64,000 nt of DNA from a virus. The position numbers and the translations under genes are program-made. Within the stretch, counting starts at the first letter, position 1. Each line of letters opens with the position of its first letter. Location: positions 4,570-68,569 of the IMG/VR virus record IMGVR_UViG_3300021373_001378, one strand, 5' to 3'. Below, in pieces: positions 14,968 to 25,504 of this stretch. The notes beneath the pieces are model-generated. The model made no database searches. It worked only from the letters and a program-made list of their open reading frames with translations, and had not been told where the DNA came from.

Positions 14968-17900
14968 ATGGCTAGAATATCAACGTATACTAAAGATACA
15001 ACACCTAATGATAATGATTTATTAGTAGGATCAGAATATATAAACACTATAAATGGTGTAGATAATTTTGATACAAAATCCTATAAGTTAAGAGACTTAG
15101 CTACTTACTTTGCTAACTTTACTTCACAAGCTGGTGATAGCTTTAATCTAGCTACGTTTGATCAAAATATCACAACTAATGCTACTAATATAGGTAATAA
15201 CTCTTCATACTCAGTTACATTGGCTGGTAACTTTGGTACGTTCGATGCTAGTGGTAATTTAGTTACTTTATCAGAGGCTTTCGCTAATCAAGTGTTTACT
15301 ACTACAACTAACGCTAGATTTGCTGAAGCCACATATGCTACTAACTTAGCTAGTACTTTTGGTACTTTTGATGCTAACGGTAATTTAACATCTTTATCTG
15401 AGGCTTTTGCAAATAGCGTAATGAACACAACAACGTCTCAGGATGCTGCATCTGCCACTGCTTTAACTAATTTAACAGCGATAGTAAATAATAATACAGC
15501 TAGTATAACAACTAACGCAGCGGACATAACAACAGTTACTGCCTCAGCTACAACAAATGCGTCGAATATAACAACAAACGGAACTAATATAACGTCTGTT
15601 ACTAATACGGCTAATGCTAATGCTACTGATATAGCTACGTTAACATCTAGTCTTTCTACAGCTAACGCAAATATTTCACAAAATGCTAGTGATGTAACTA
15701 GTCTTACAGCTGATGTTACTACGAATACAACAAATATAACTAGTAATGGATCAAGTATTACTACAAATACATCTAATATTTCAACCAACGCTAGTGATAT
15801 AACCACTCTTACTAATAACTTAACAACTGCAAACACAAATATACAGCAAAATGCTAGTGACGTAACAAGTTTAACTAGTACTGTAACCACAAATACAGCT
15901 AATATAACAAGTAACGATGCAGATATAGTAACAGCAAACTCTAATATATCAACAAACGCATCGGCAATTACTACGTTAACTAACGATTTAGCGACAGCAA
16001 ACACAGCAATTACTCAAAATACTACAAATGCTACGAATTTAAGCAGTACAGTTGCAACAAATACAAGCGATATAACCACTGCAAACAGCAATATAACTAC
16101 CGCAAACACAAATATAGCGACAAATGCGTCAGATATAACCACGCTTACTAACAATTTAGCGACTACTAACGCAAATGTAACGCAAAACGCAACAGATGTC
16201 ACTACTTTAGAAACTGATTTAACTACAGCAAACACTAATATTGCTACAAATGGAACCAATATTACCACTGCTAACACTAATATTGCTACAAATGCGGCTG
16301 CAATTACAACTTTAACCAATAATCTTGCTACTACAGACGCTAATGTAACACAAAACGCTAGTGATGTTACCACGTTAACAACAAATGTGACAACAAATGC
16401 AGCTAATATATCAGCGAATGACACAGATATTACAACAGCTAACACAAATATAGCTACTAATGCAACAGATATAGCTACTTTAACCAATGATTTAGCTACC
16501 GCGAACACAGATATAACACAAAATGCATCAGATGTGACATCTTTAACATCAACTGTCACCACTAACACTACAAATATTGCTGGAAAGCCAAATGTGTACA
16601 GGCAAGCGGCAGCACCTGCTGTAACAGTACCAGTTGGATCAATATGGTACGATAGTGATGATGGAAATAAGCTTTATGTTTTAGTTTCTGGCTCGCCTAA
16701 TGTGTGGACTGTTACTGATAATGCTGGTATAGCGACTAATTCTACAGCTATATCTACCAATGCAACAGATATTGCCACTTTAACTAATAATTTAGCCACA
16801 ACAAATGCTAACGTTACTCAAAATGCAACAGATGTTACTAGTTTAACTACAGATGTAACAACGAATACTGCTGATATTGCTACAAACGCAGGTGATATTA
16901 CAAGTGCTAATACAAATATTGCTACAAACGCCACTAATATAACAACGTTAACGAATGATTTAACAACAGCTAACACGGCTATCACTCAAAACGCAACAAA
17001 TCACACAAGTTTATCAAGTGATGTTACAACAAATACTACTAATATAGCCACTAATGGTACTAACATTGGTACAGCAAATACTAACATAGCTACTAACGCA
17101 ACCAACATTACTACACTTACAAACGATTTAAATACAGCTGAAGCTGATATTGTACAAAATGCATCAGATGTAACTTCATTGACAAGTACCGTGGCTACAA
17201 ACACAAACGATATAGGTACAGCTCAAACTGATATTACAACTAATGCAACAAATATTACAACTTTAAACACAGGTTTAACTACAGCAAATACAAATATAAC
17301 AGCAAACTCTAATGATATAACGACTTTAGATACATCTGTAACAAATAATGGTACTAATATAACAGCTAACGCGAGTAATATAACTAGCTTGTCTACAACA
17401 GTTGGTGGTCACACTACTACTATAAACTCTCATACTAGTTCTATAAATGGTATACATGGTAAATATGGTGTAACTATAGACAGTAATGGTGCTTTAACAG
17501 GTTTTGAATTAGTTGGTGGTGGAGGATCAAGTGTATTTAAAATAAACGCTGATGATTTTAAAATATATAATTCAGGTGGTGATTTAAATCCATTTAGTGT
17601 TTCTGGCGATAGAGTACAAATAAATGGAGATCTTAATGTTACATCAGCCGCTGTTATTGGTGGTACGGCTACAGGTAACGATTTAAATGGTAGACCAACA
17701 GCATTGTTCTTAAAAAACCTAGGCGCTGTATCTGGTGATGATGCCGCGGTATGTATGGAAATGCAATCATCTTCAAGATGGCACCATGTTATAAGAATGT
17801 TTGGTGGTCAAGATGAAGATGGTAATTTTGATTTAAGCGCGCAATACAGATTAGGTAAATCACTTGTAGCAGGAAACGAAGGTGATAATTACTCTACAGT

Positions 17901-18636
17901 AAAAATGATTATGAACGGCGGAGGAATTTGTATTCCAGATGTAGCAGAAAATGCACCTTCAAGTTATGATCCCGCAACTTCAGGCGCAGATTTTCAGTAT
18001 GGTTCAAATATATTTTTTAATAGCAATAATGCAGCTACTAATAATTTCAACTATGCTAGATTTCATGTAAACGAATACTATAAAACATTTTTTCAAGATG
18101 TTCCAGGTGGTGCAAGCCACAGTTCAGGAAGTACAACTTATGATAATATGAGTTGGGTAATGAGAAAAAGAAAATACGATTCTAATACATCTACATATTA
18201 TAGTTCAGCTATAATGAAGATGGATACGTCAGAAGTGTTACATGTTGGTAAAATTGTGGACATTGGTAGCACTGCGCATTATTTAGATCCTGGAAACACC
18301 TCTACATCAATAAATGTTGCTGGAGATATTATAGCTTATGCTTCTTCAGATAAAAGATTAAAAGATAATATTAAACCTATTGAAAACGCTTTAGATAAGG
18401 TAAACAAAATATCAGGTGTAACATTTGAATGGAATGAAATATCTCATAAAGAAACTGGTAAAAAAGATGTAGGTGTAATAGCACAAGAAATTGAAGAAAT
18501 ATTACCAGAGCTTGTAGACAACAGGTCAAACGGTTATAAAGCTGTTGATTATCCAAAACTAACCGCATTACTTATAGAAGCTGTAAAAGATTTATCTAAC
18601 CAAGTAAAAGAACTAAAAGATGGCGTTGCAAAGTAG
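14968..18636 (+). CDS. Long tail fibre: T/N/A-rich trimeric coiled coil, host-specificity-like region, C-terminal S74 chaperone
   Basis: Heptad repeats; KYGVTIDSNGALTGFEL..FKINADDFKI; SSDKRLKDNI...GVIAQE...VDYPKL. Confidence 0.85.
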   Translation: MARISTYTKDTTPNDNDLLVGSEYINTINGVDNFDTKSYKLRDLATYFANFTSQAGDSFNLATFDQNITTNATNIGNNSSYSVTLAGNFGTFDASGNLVTLSEAFANQVFTTTTNARFAEATYATNLASTFGTFDANGNLTSLSEAFANSVMNTTTSQDAASATALTNLTAIVNNNTASITTNAADITTVTASATTNASNITTNGTNITSVTNTANANATDIATLTSSLSTANANISQNASDVTSLTADVTTNTTNITSNGSSITTNTSNISTNASDITTLTNNLTTANTNIQQNASDVTSLTSTVTTNTANITSNDADIVTANSNISTNASAITTLTNDLATANTAITQNTTNATNLSSTVATNTSDITTANSNITTANTNIATNASDITTLTNNLATTNANVTQNATDVTTLETDLTTANTNIATNGTNITTANTNIATNAAAITTLTNNLATTDANVTQNASDVTTLTTNVTTNAANISANDTDITTANTNIATNATDIATLTNDLATANTDITQNASDVTSLTSTVTTNTTNIAGKPNVYRQAAAPAVTVPVGSIWYDSDDGNKLYVLVSGSPNVWTVTDNAGIATNSTAISTNATDIATLTNNLATTNANVTQNATDVTSLTTDVTTNTADIATNAGDITSANTNIATNATNITTLTNDLTTANTAITQNATNHTSLSSDVTTNTTNIATNGTNIGTANTNIATNATNITTLTNDLNTAEADIVQNASDVTSLTSTVATNTNDIGTAQTDITTNATNITTLNTGLTTANTNITANSNDITTLDTSVTNNGTNITANASNITSLSTTVGGHTTTINSHTSSINGIHGKYGVTIDSNGALTGFELVGGGGSSVFKINADDFKIYNSGGDLNPFSVSGDRVQINGDLNVTSAAVIGGTATGNDLNGRPTALFLKNLGAVSGDDAAVCMEMQSSSRWHHVIRMFGGQDEDGNFDLSAQYRLGKSLVAGNEGDNYSTVKMIMNGGGICIPDVAENAPSSYDPATSGADFQYGSNIFFNSNNAATNNFNYARFHVNEYYKTFFQDVPGGASHSSGSTTYDNMSWVMRKRKYDSNTSTYYSSAIMKMDTSEVLHVGKIVDIGSTAHYLDPGNTSTSINVAGDIIAYASSDKRLKDNIKPIENALDKVNKISGVTFEWNEISHKETGKKDVGVIAQEIEEILPELVDNRSNGYKAVDYPKLTALLIEAVKDLSNQVKELKDGVAK

Positions 18637-18868
18637 TGGTCAAATATCTTTTTCTGATATAGCTTCAGAGCTTTCATTAACAGGCACACTTATAATGGCA
18701 GGTTCGTCAATACCGGTTGGTTCAAGTTTTTTTGGAACAGCAAGTTCTGCTGTAAACAAACAAGCTCCTCATAAGATTAGTGAATTTTATGGTTACACTC
18801 ACATTAGTGGTGGCGGAGGCCCTCCTCCTCCTGGCGGTGGTGGTGGTGGTGGATTAAGCGGTCCATAA
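18620..18868 (+). CDS. Small fibre-associated protein with Gly/Pro tail
   Basis: MALQSSGQISFSDIASEL...ISEFYGY, a pattern typical of genes after S74 fibres. Confidence 0.65.
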   Translation: MALQSSGQISFSDIASELSLTGTLIMAGSSIPVGSSFFGTASSAVNKQAPHKISEFYGYTHISGGGGPPPPGGGGGGGLSGP

Positions 18869-18869
18869 T

Positions 18870-18896
18870 TAAAAGTGCACTTTACCATGTGATTAT
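18870..18896 (+). promoter_or_regulatory. Class II promoter TAA-N14-ATGTGATTAT
   Basis: Upstream of the chaperonin operon. Confidence 0.65.
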
Positions 18897-18920
18897 ATAC
18901 TTATAAATAACCAATAACCA

Positions 18921-19214
18921 ATGACTTATTTTTACAAAACCTACTCTTGGTCACAAGGTGACTCAGGAGTACCCGAAGAAACCAGGATGCTTTGGGAGCA
19001 CGTCGCTAATAAAAAGAACTGGCGAATTGTTCAACTACCAAATGGTTTTTATCAAGCCGAACACTCAGACTTAAAAGATGAGAATAAATGGCACGATACA
19101 ACCAGAAGGGAAACTTTAAAAGGAGCTGAAGCCGCTATTGATGGTAGTGTAGATCACTACAAAAAAAAGCTTGACTTTTTAAAAGGACCTAAAGTAGTTA
19201 AAACCTTTAAATAA
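18921..19214 (+). CDS. Conserved hypothetical protein upstream of groEL
   Basis: NWRIVQLPNGFYQAE...TRRETLKGAEAAIDGS. Confidence 0.75.
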   Translation: MTYFYKTYSWSQGDSGVPEETRMLWEHVANKKNWRIVQLPNGFYQAEHSDLKDENKWHDTTRRETLKGAEAAIDGSVDHYKKKLDFLKGPKVVKTFK

Positions 19215-19241
19215 CCACTTATACTAAAAAAATTTAATTAA

Positions 19242-20792
19242 ATGGAATATAATAACCCAAGTGAGATAGTAAAGGATCTGTCGTTCGGGACAGATGCTAG
19301 AGCAAAAATAATGGTAGGTGTTGATAAATTAGCCAAAGCGGTTAAATCAACCCTTGGCGCTTCTGGTAAATGCGTAATTTACGAGGACGCACTAGGAAGA
19401 CCGGTGATAACAAAAGACGGAGTAACCGTTGCGGAAAGCGTAGTCTTAATTGACCCGGTCGAAAATATAGGTGCAACCTTAATAAAAGAAGCGGCTAAAA
19501 ACACAGTGAAAGAAGCAGGTGACGGTACTACTACAGCTACCGTCCTTGCTCAATCACTTTTACAAAATGTGTATGCTGGGCAGAACACAGACATAAGACA
19601 AATAAAAAATGGTATATCTAGCGGACTGCAAAAAGTTAATAAGTATTTATCAAAACACAGCAAAGCAGTATCTGGCAATATGCTTAAAAACGTTGCGAGT
19701 ATTTCTTGCAACAATGACAAAGAATTAGGTTACACTATAGCTTCTGCTTTTGAACAAGTAGGTAAAAATGGTGTAGTTTTAATGGAAGAGTCTGAAACTG
19801 ATCAAACTTATGTAGATATTGTAGATGGTGTGCAAATTGATTCAGGTATTAAGTCACAACATTTAATAACTGACAAACAAAAAAATAAAATAGAGCTAGA
19901 AGATGCTTATGTATTAATTGTATCTTCACCTATACCAAACATTAGAAAAATACAAAGCGTATTAGAGTTTGTTATAAAAAATAAAAAATCATTACTTTTA
20001 GTAGCTGAAGTTGATCAACAACCATTTTCAGCATTATTAATGAATAAAGTTAAAGGTAATATAAAAATAAACATAATTGATCCACCAGGTTTTGGACCAA
20101 GTAGATTAGAAACTTTAGAGGATCTAGCTATGCTAACAGGTGCAAAACTTATAAATGAAGAACTTGGTGATGATCTTGATATGATTAGTCCTGATGTTTT
20201 AGGATTTACTAAAAAAGCAGTGACTGATAATAAAACTACAGTAATAACTATAGATGAAAGAAGCGAAGATGTAGTAGAAAGAATAAAAACTGTAGAAAAT
20301 AAAATTAAAGAAGAAAAGCACGCATACTTAAAAAAGAAACTAGAGCAAAGGTTAGCTATGTTATCAGGAGCTGTAGGTGTTGTTAAGGTTGGTGCTAATT
20401 CTAAACTAGAATTAAAAGAAAAGAAAGATAGAGTTGAAGATGCTATTTATGCAACTAAAGCCGCTTTAAAAGAAGGTATTGTTCCAGGAGGTGGAGTAGC
20501 GTTATTAAATGCTGCTCAAAATATTGAAGCAAAAAACGAAGGAGAGAAGATACTATTACAATCTATAAAATGGCCATACTCTACAATACTAGAAAATGCT
20601 GGTATACCTTATATAGAACCTAAACAAAAAGGTTTCGGTGTAGATGTTACAAATGGTGATGTGTATAGCATGATGAAAGCAGGTATAATTGATCCTGTGC
20701 TTGTAACTAAAACAGCTTTAATAAATGCGGTAAGTGTTGTAAATACAATTATCTCTGCAGATTGTGTAATATCAAATGTAAGAGAGGTATGA
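19242..20792 (+). CDS. groL: Chaperonin GroEL (phage-encoded)
   Basis: ITKDGVTVA, AGDGTTTATVLA, GIVPGGG, GIIDP..VT; lacks the GGM tail. Confidence 0.97.
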   Translation: MEYNNPSEIVKDLSFGTDARAKIMVGVDKLAKAVKSTLGASGKCVIYEDALGRPVITKDGVTVAESVVLIDPVENIGATLIKEAAKNTVKEAGDGTTTATVLAQSLLQNVYAGQNTDIRQIKNGISSGLQKVNKYLSKHSKAVSGNMLKNVASISCNNDKELGYTIASAFEQVGKNGVVLMEESETDQTYVDIVDGVQIDSGIKSQHLITDKQKNKIELEDAYVLIVSSPIPNIRKIQSVLEFVIKNKKSLLLVAEVDQQPFSALLMNKVKGNIKINIIDPPGFGPSRLETLEDLAMLTGAKLINEELGDDLDMISPDVLGFTKKAVTDNKTTVITIDERSEDVVERIKTVENKIKEEKHAYLKKKLEQRLAMLSGAVGVVKVGANSKLELKEKKDRVEDAIYATKAALKEGIVPGGGVALLNAAQNIEAKNEGEKILLQSIKWPYSTILENAGIPYIEPKQKGFGVDVTNGDVYSMMKAGIIDPVLVTKTALINAVSVVNTIISADCVISNVREV

Positions 20793-21046
20793 AAGCAATA
20801 AACTACTATCTAGTAATAGAAAAAATAAAAGAAGAGCCTAAAAATGTCGGTGGCTTTATTATAACAGATAAACAGTCTAATGACATTAGGTATTTAAAAG
20901 CAAAAGTAATTAGTGCTGGTGATATGGTCAAAGGTGTAAGTGATGGAGATATTATACATTACGATAAACATGCAGGCCACGGTATAGAATGGGAGGACAA
21001 ACTTTACCAAGTTATACAACATCAGGACATAGTCATAGTAGAATGA
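20789..21046 (+). CDS. groS: Co-chaperonin GroES
   Basis: GGFII mobile loop, AKVISAG, V..GD.I.Y; ATGA overlap with groEL. Confidence 0.88.
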   Translation: MKAINYYLVIEKIKEEPKNVGGFIITDKQSNDIRYLKAKVISAGDMVKGVSDGDIIHYDKHAGHGIEWEDKLYQVIQHQDIVIVE

Positions 21047-21483
21047 GATTAAGTACTAGTGACATAAGGGAATTAAATTTATTTAAATATTACAGGCTCG
21101 TTAGAAAATGGGCCTGTAAAACTTATGCCCTAACCGATGCTGATTTAGAATTATTAATATATCTTGATTGCAAAAAGCAATTTACACGTAATGATTTTAT
21201 TGATGGCACTTACACTTATAGTTGGGATAAAAACAGATGGGAAAGGCTTAGAAGAGATGGTTGGATAGAAGCTTGGAGACATAGAAACAGAACTACTATA
21301 AAATATAGTATATATAAAGTTTCATTTAAAGGTCAACAATTAATTAGTAGAATATATAGAATATTGTTAGCTGAAGAAGACCTACCAACATCAACAAGAA
21401 GTAAATTTTTTAATAATAAATCATATACGGACAAGGTTTATAATAAAGCTATAGATGATATGATTAAAGATAAAGATAGATAA
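21043..21483 (+). CDS. Putative winged-helix protein
   Basis: LTDADLELLIYL...RLRRDGWI...YKVSFKGQQLI, MarR-like pattern; start at ATGA overlap. Confidence 0.55.
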   Translation: MRLSTSDIRELNLFKYYRLVRKWACKTYALTDADLELLIYLDCKKQFTRNDFIDGTYTYSWDKNRWERLRRDGWIEAWRHRNRTTIKYSIYKVSFKGQQLISRIYRILLAEEDLPTSTRSKFFNNKSYTDKVYNKAIDDMIKDKDR

Positions 21484-21845
21484 TGGCTTTTAAACTTAAA
21501 AACATACATGATGTTATAGGCATAGACAAAGAACTATCAGAATATGGTAGACCTGTTTTTGTCAAAAAACTAGAAGGTGGTGTTAAAGCTGAGGCTAATA
21601 GAGACGGTACAACGTTTATAGATCCAAAAGTAAAAGGTAAAGAAAAAATAGAAGCTATAGTACATGAAAACGTACATCATGAACAAATGATGCAAGGTAG
21701 ACTAGGTTATGATGATAACAATGTATACTGGAAAGAGTCTACTAGATCTCCAATGAAAACTTTTAATAGAGAAGTTATGGAGGAAGGTGCAAAAACAAAT
21801 GCTTGGGAAGCTGAAGCTTACCATGAAAGCGATAAAGTAAAATAA
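21483..21845 (+). CDS. Zincin-like metallopeptidase
   Basis: IVHENVHHEQ (HExxH) and downstream WEAEAY. Confidence 0.7.
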   Translation: MAFKLKNIHDVIGIDKELSEYGRPVFVKKLEGGVKAEANRDGTTFIDPKVKGKEKIEAIVHENVHHEQMMQGRLGYDDNNVYWKESTRSPMKTFNREVMEEGAKTNAWEAEAYHESDKVK

Positions 21846-22144
21846 TGAAAACACAACCAATAACTCAAAAAGCAAAAGGTTCACCTTTTAAAATGAATGA
21901 AAACTTAGTTCAGGGTGCTGCAGATTTAGGGGCTTCTACTTTTACTAAAAAAAGTGAAAAAACTAAACCTTCACCTGGTAATAATCAACAACCAGCTCAA
22001 TCTATTTCTATAGACTTAACAAACATGAAATCTAAAGAAACAGAAAAAACAAATGAAAAGGTTAAAGAAGAAAATAATATTGTTGAAAACTATAAACCTA
22101 ATGATGTAGTTGGTTTTTTTAATAATATACTTAAAAATCAATAA
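21845..22144 (+). CDS. Small protein with KGSPFKM motif
   Basis: ORF track. Confidence 0.7.
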   Translation: MKTQPITQKAKGSPFKMNENLVQGAADLGASTFTKKSEKTKPSPGNNQQPAQSISIDLTNMKSKETEKTNEKVKEENNIVENYKPNDVVGFFNNILKNQ

Positions 22145-22146
22145 TT

Positions 22147-23097
22147 ATGGCATATATACAGAAAGGTTCTCCTTTTAAAAATACAGATCCTAAAGTTACA
22201 AAAAACGTAACAACTAATTCAGCAGGTGAGTTATTATTACAAACTAACAGCACTGAAACATCAACAAGCCCTGATGTCGTAAAGAAAAGATTAAGTTATG
22301 ATGATGCTTGGAGCCAAAATTTAGAAGGAATACAAGGTATGTATAAAGACAAACAGGCTTATATAGATGACAGAGAAAGTCAAAGAAAAAAAGATCCTGT
22401 AAAGTTTGAAAAAGATTTAGTTGATAAAACTGGTGTTTCTGGTGGTCCTGGTGAAGTTATAATTCCAGGTGAAACAATTGAAACAGTAACTACAAATACT
22501 GATCCTATAATGTATACTCCAACGGGTAAATCTCAAGCTTCCTGGCAACAAAGAAGTAATATAAGAGCTATTAAAAATCTTACAGGTCAATCTAAAAGAA
22601 ACCAAATGAGAAACCTTAGAGAAGGTAATATTGAAGCTGGTATCAGTGATTATGCTCCTTATGGAACTGATGGTACAGAAAACTATACGGATAAAAAAAT
22701 GATCAGTAAGAAAAACACAAGGCAAGATGTTAAAAATGCTAGAAAAGCATTAAGAAATATTGGCCCTACAACTGATCCTGAATATGCTAAAGCTAATGCA
22801 AGAAAAACTTTAGAAGAAGCTAAAGGTCGCCACAAAACAATGAAGAAAATATATAAAGATAAGAAAAGAGAAATAAAAGGTGATAAAAGAAAAAATAGAC
22901 AAACAGTAATAGATCAAGAAATAAGAAACAGAATAAATCAATCTGCTAGTGGAAATAAAAATACTTACAATATGGATCCTGTAGCGGTTACAAATGCTAC
23001 AAGCAGTGATATAGTTAATGATAGAACAAAAAATTCTAAAAAAATAAACACACCGTTTAAAATGGGTGGCTACGGTTCAAAAAATAAAAATAAATAA
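22147..23097 (+). CDS. Basic low-complexity protein with KGSPFK and TPFKM motifs
   Basis: ORF track. Confidence 0.75.
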   Translation: MAYIQKGSPFKNTDPKVTKNVTTNSAGELLLQTNSTETSTSPDVVKKRLSYDDAWSQNLEGIQGMYKDKQAYIDDRESQRKKDPVKFEKDLVDKTGVSGGPGEVIIPGETIETVTTNTDPIMYTPTGKSQASWQQRSNIRAIKNLTGQSKRNQMRNLREGNIEAGISDYAPYGTDGTENYTDKKMISKKNTRQDVKNARKALRNIGPTTDPEYAKANARKTLEEAKGRHKTMKKIYKDKKREIKGDKRKNRQTVIDQEIRNRINQSASGNKNTYNMDPVAVTNATSSDIVNDRTKNSKKINTPFKMGGYGSKNKNK

Positions 23098-23100
23098 ATC

Positions 23101-23349
23101 ATGGGAACAAAAGGTGCAAAAGCTGGTAACATATACAGCTCATTAAAAAGTAGAGGTCTAGTAGGTACAGATGGTAAAGATCCAATGTTAAACTTAGGTT
23201 CAGCCGCAAAGTTTAATGCAGGTTTAAAAAAAGCTTCAGCTGATGGTAAACTTGATAATAACGAAAAGTTTAAAAAGCTTGTTGATAATTCATCTGTTGC
23301 AAAGTATGGAAAACCAACACCAGCTAAAAAAAAAGGTTGTTATAAATAA
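23101..23349 (+). CDS. Small basic protein (SAAK/SVAK/TPAK motifs)
   Basis: ORF track. Confidence 0.7.
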   Translation: MGTKGAKAGNIYSSLKSRGLVGTDGKDPMLNLGSAAKFNAGLKKASADGKLDNNEKFKKLVDNSSVAKYGKPTPAKKKGCYK

Positions 23350-23810
23350 TGAGTAAGCCAAAAAAGAAATTTGCAGAAACTACTGTAGGTAAATTATTAT
23401 TTGGAGCCGCATCACTTGCTAGTCCAGCATTAGGTAATATAATCAGTGGTGTTACAACACCTGCTGAAGCTATTGCAGCTATTGGTAAGTCTGATGTAAG
23501 TGGTGAAGAAAAAATAAAATTACAGCAACTTATATTTGAACAACAAAATAAAGAGATGGAGGCTATCACCTCAAGGTGGCAAGCAGACTCCATGTCAGAT
23601 TCGTGGCTTTCGAAAAATGTACGCCCACTGGTTTTAGTGTGGTGTATTGTTATATTTTCTGTTGCTGGTTTACTTGACAGTGTAGACTCAATACCATTTC
23701 ATATAGGTGAAACATGGAATGATACTTTTGAAAAGGTCATGATGTCCGTTGTTTTAGCTTATTTCGGTGGACGTACGACAGAAAAGGCTACAAGCTTATT
23801 TAAAAAATAA
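23349..23810 (+). CDS. Holin-like protein (GTA 3TM holin family)
   Basis: RWQADSMSDSWLSKNVRPL + TM + AYFGGRTTEK. Confidence 0.75.
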   Translation: MSKPKKKFAETTVGKLLFGAASLASPALGNIISGVTTPAEAIAAIGKSDVSGEEKIKLQQLIFEQQNKEMEAITSRWQADSMSDSWLSKNVRPLVLVWCIVIFSVAGLLDSVDSIPFHIGETWNDTFEKVMMSVVLAYFGGRTTEKATSLFKK

Positions 23811-23816
23811 AATTTA

Positions 23817-24515
23817 ATGGCTAGAATTAGTACATACGATTTAGATGAATCAGTACAAGCAACCGACAAGTTGCTAGGCTCTAATGCTGGAGGAGCTACT
23901 AAAAATTTTAAAATAGAAGATATAACAGATTTTTTAAACACATCTGGTTCTATAAATCTAAATGGCGTAGTAGAGCAATTTATAACACAAAATATACCTT
24001 TAGAAAGAGGTAAATTTAAATTACCGTTAGGCGGTAATGGTATTGCTTTTAGTAGTATAACATCATTAAAAGTTTCAACAAAAAATTTAAGTGATGTTGA
24101 TGTTTCTGAGTTTTACAACCATTTAGTAGGTCAAGGTCTTAAAATATCTAAAGTAGATAATTTAAATGAGTTTGGTCAATTTGTATTAATTAGCGTAACT
24201 AAAGCTAATCCTAGCGATACATTTGCTACATTTTCACTTAGTTTTTTAAATGGTAATGGAAATTTAAGAAACGACAATTTTTATTTATTTAATCTTGATA
24301 ACACAGGTAGAACAGATAAAAACTTTGTTACACCTAATATTAATTTTACAGCTGGTACAGCTCATACGGTATCTCATAATTTATCCAAGTTTCCAGCGGT
24401 TACAACAGTAGATTCAGCAGGATCTCATATAGTAGGTGAGGTACAACATATAGATAACAATAATTTCACTATAACATTTAAAGCCTCATTTCAAGGTAAA
24501 GTATACGTAAACTAA
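23817..24515 (+). CDS. Virion structural/tail-associated protein
   Basis: MARISTY N-terminus shared with 14968 fibre; C-terminal HNL.KFPAVTTVD domain. Confidence 0.65.
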   Translation: MARISTYDLDESVQATDKLLGSNAGGATKNFKIEDITDFLNTSGSINLNGVVEQFITQNIPLERGKFKLPLGGNGIAFSSITSLKVSTKNLSDVDVSEFYNHLVGQGLKISKVDNLNEFGQFVLISVTKANPSDTFATFSLSFLNGNGNLRNDNFYLFNLDNTGRTDKNFVTPNINFTAGTAHTVSHNLSKFPAVTTVDSAGSHIVGEVQHIDNNNFTITFKASFQGKVYVN

Positions 24516-24521
24516 TAAACT

Positions 24522-25490
24522 ATGGCACTTTCATATTTAACAGACATTAATTTAAACAAAAACGAATTACAGAATGCGGTAATTCAGAAACTAGGTACAG
24601 ATCCTTCATCGGGTCAAACAGCTGGTTGGATAATATATAACACAACCTCAAACCAACTAAAGGTATATGACGGATCTGCATGGACTAATGTAGGTGGTGA
24701 TATAACTGGGGTTAACATAACAGCTGGAACTGGTTTATCAGGAACAGTTAGTACAACATCAGGTCAACACACTCAAACAATTGATTTAGCGGATACAGCT
24801 GTAACAGCTGGATCTTATGGTTCTGCTACAGCAATACCAGTAATTACTATAGATGCACAAGGTAGAATAACAAGTGCAAGTACAGCTGGTATAACAACAA
24901 CGCTTACAATAGATGGTGATTCAACTACTCAAGATGTAGCGTTAGCAACTGATGATTTAAAAATAGTTGGTACAACTAATGAGATAGAAACGACAGTAAC
25001 TAAATCAGGTACAGACGTATCTTTAACTATTGGTTTACCTAGTGATGTTACAATTGGAAACGATTTAACAGTACTTGGAGATCTTCAAGTTACAGGAACA
25101 ACAACAACAAACAATGTAGAAACAGTAAGTACATCAAATGGTGTAATATTTGAAGGTACTGTTGCTGATGCCAACGAAGGTACTTTAATAGCTGGTGCGT
25201 TATCAGGTGATAGAACTTATACATTACCAGATGCTACAGGTACAGTTGCTTTAACATCTGATATAACTGGTAGAACTTACGCAACTTCAATAGGTGATGG
25301 TTCTGCAACTTCTTATACTGTAACACATAATTTAGGTTCTCAAGATGTTATCGTACAGCTTTATGATGTTAGCTCACTAGATACAGTCTTTGCAGATGTA
25401 GTTAGAACTTCAACTTCAGTTGTTACAATTGATTTTTCATCCGCACCAACAGCAAACGATATAAGAGTACTAGTTACAAAGATTGGATAA
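24522..25490 (+). CDS. Tail fibre-like structural protein
   Basis: VTAGSYGSATAIPVITIDAQGRIT, RTYTLPDATGTVAL, HNLGSQDV. Confidence 0.7.
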   Translation: MALSYLTDINLNKNELQNAVIQKLGTDPSSGQTAGWIIYNTTSNQLKVYDGSAWTNVGGDITGVNITAGTGLSGTVSTTSGQHTQTIDLADTAVTAGSYGSATAIPVITIDAQGRITSASTAGITTTLTIDGDSTTQDVALATDDLKIVGTTNEIETTVTKSGTDVSLTIGLPSDVTIGNDLTVLGDLQVTGTTTTNNVETVSTSNGVIFEGTVADANEGTLIAGALSGDRTYTLPDATGTVALTSDITGRTYATSIGDGSATSYTVTHNLGSQDVIVQLYDVSSLDTVFADVVRTSTSVVTIDFSSAPTANDIRVLVTKIG

Positions 25491-25504
25491 TTTAAATAAA
25501 ATTC

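Noticed and set aside
15438-17204. Long antisense ORFs rich in V/L/A
   Set aside because: Shadows of the ACN/AAY/GCN repeat codons of the coiled-coil fibre
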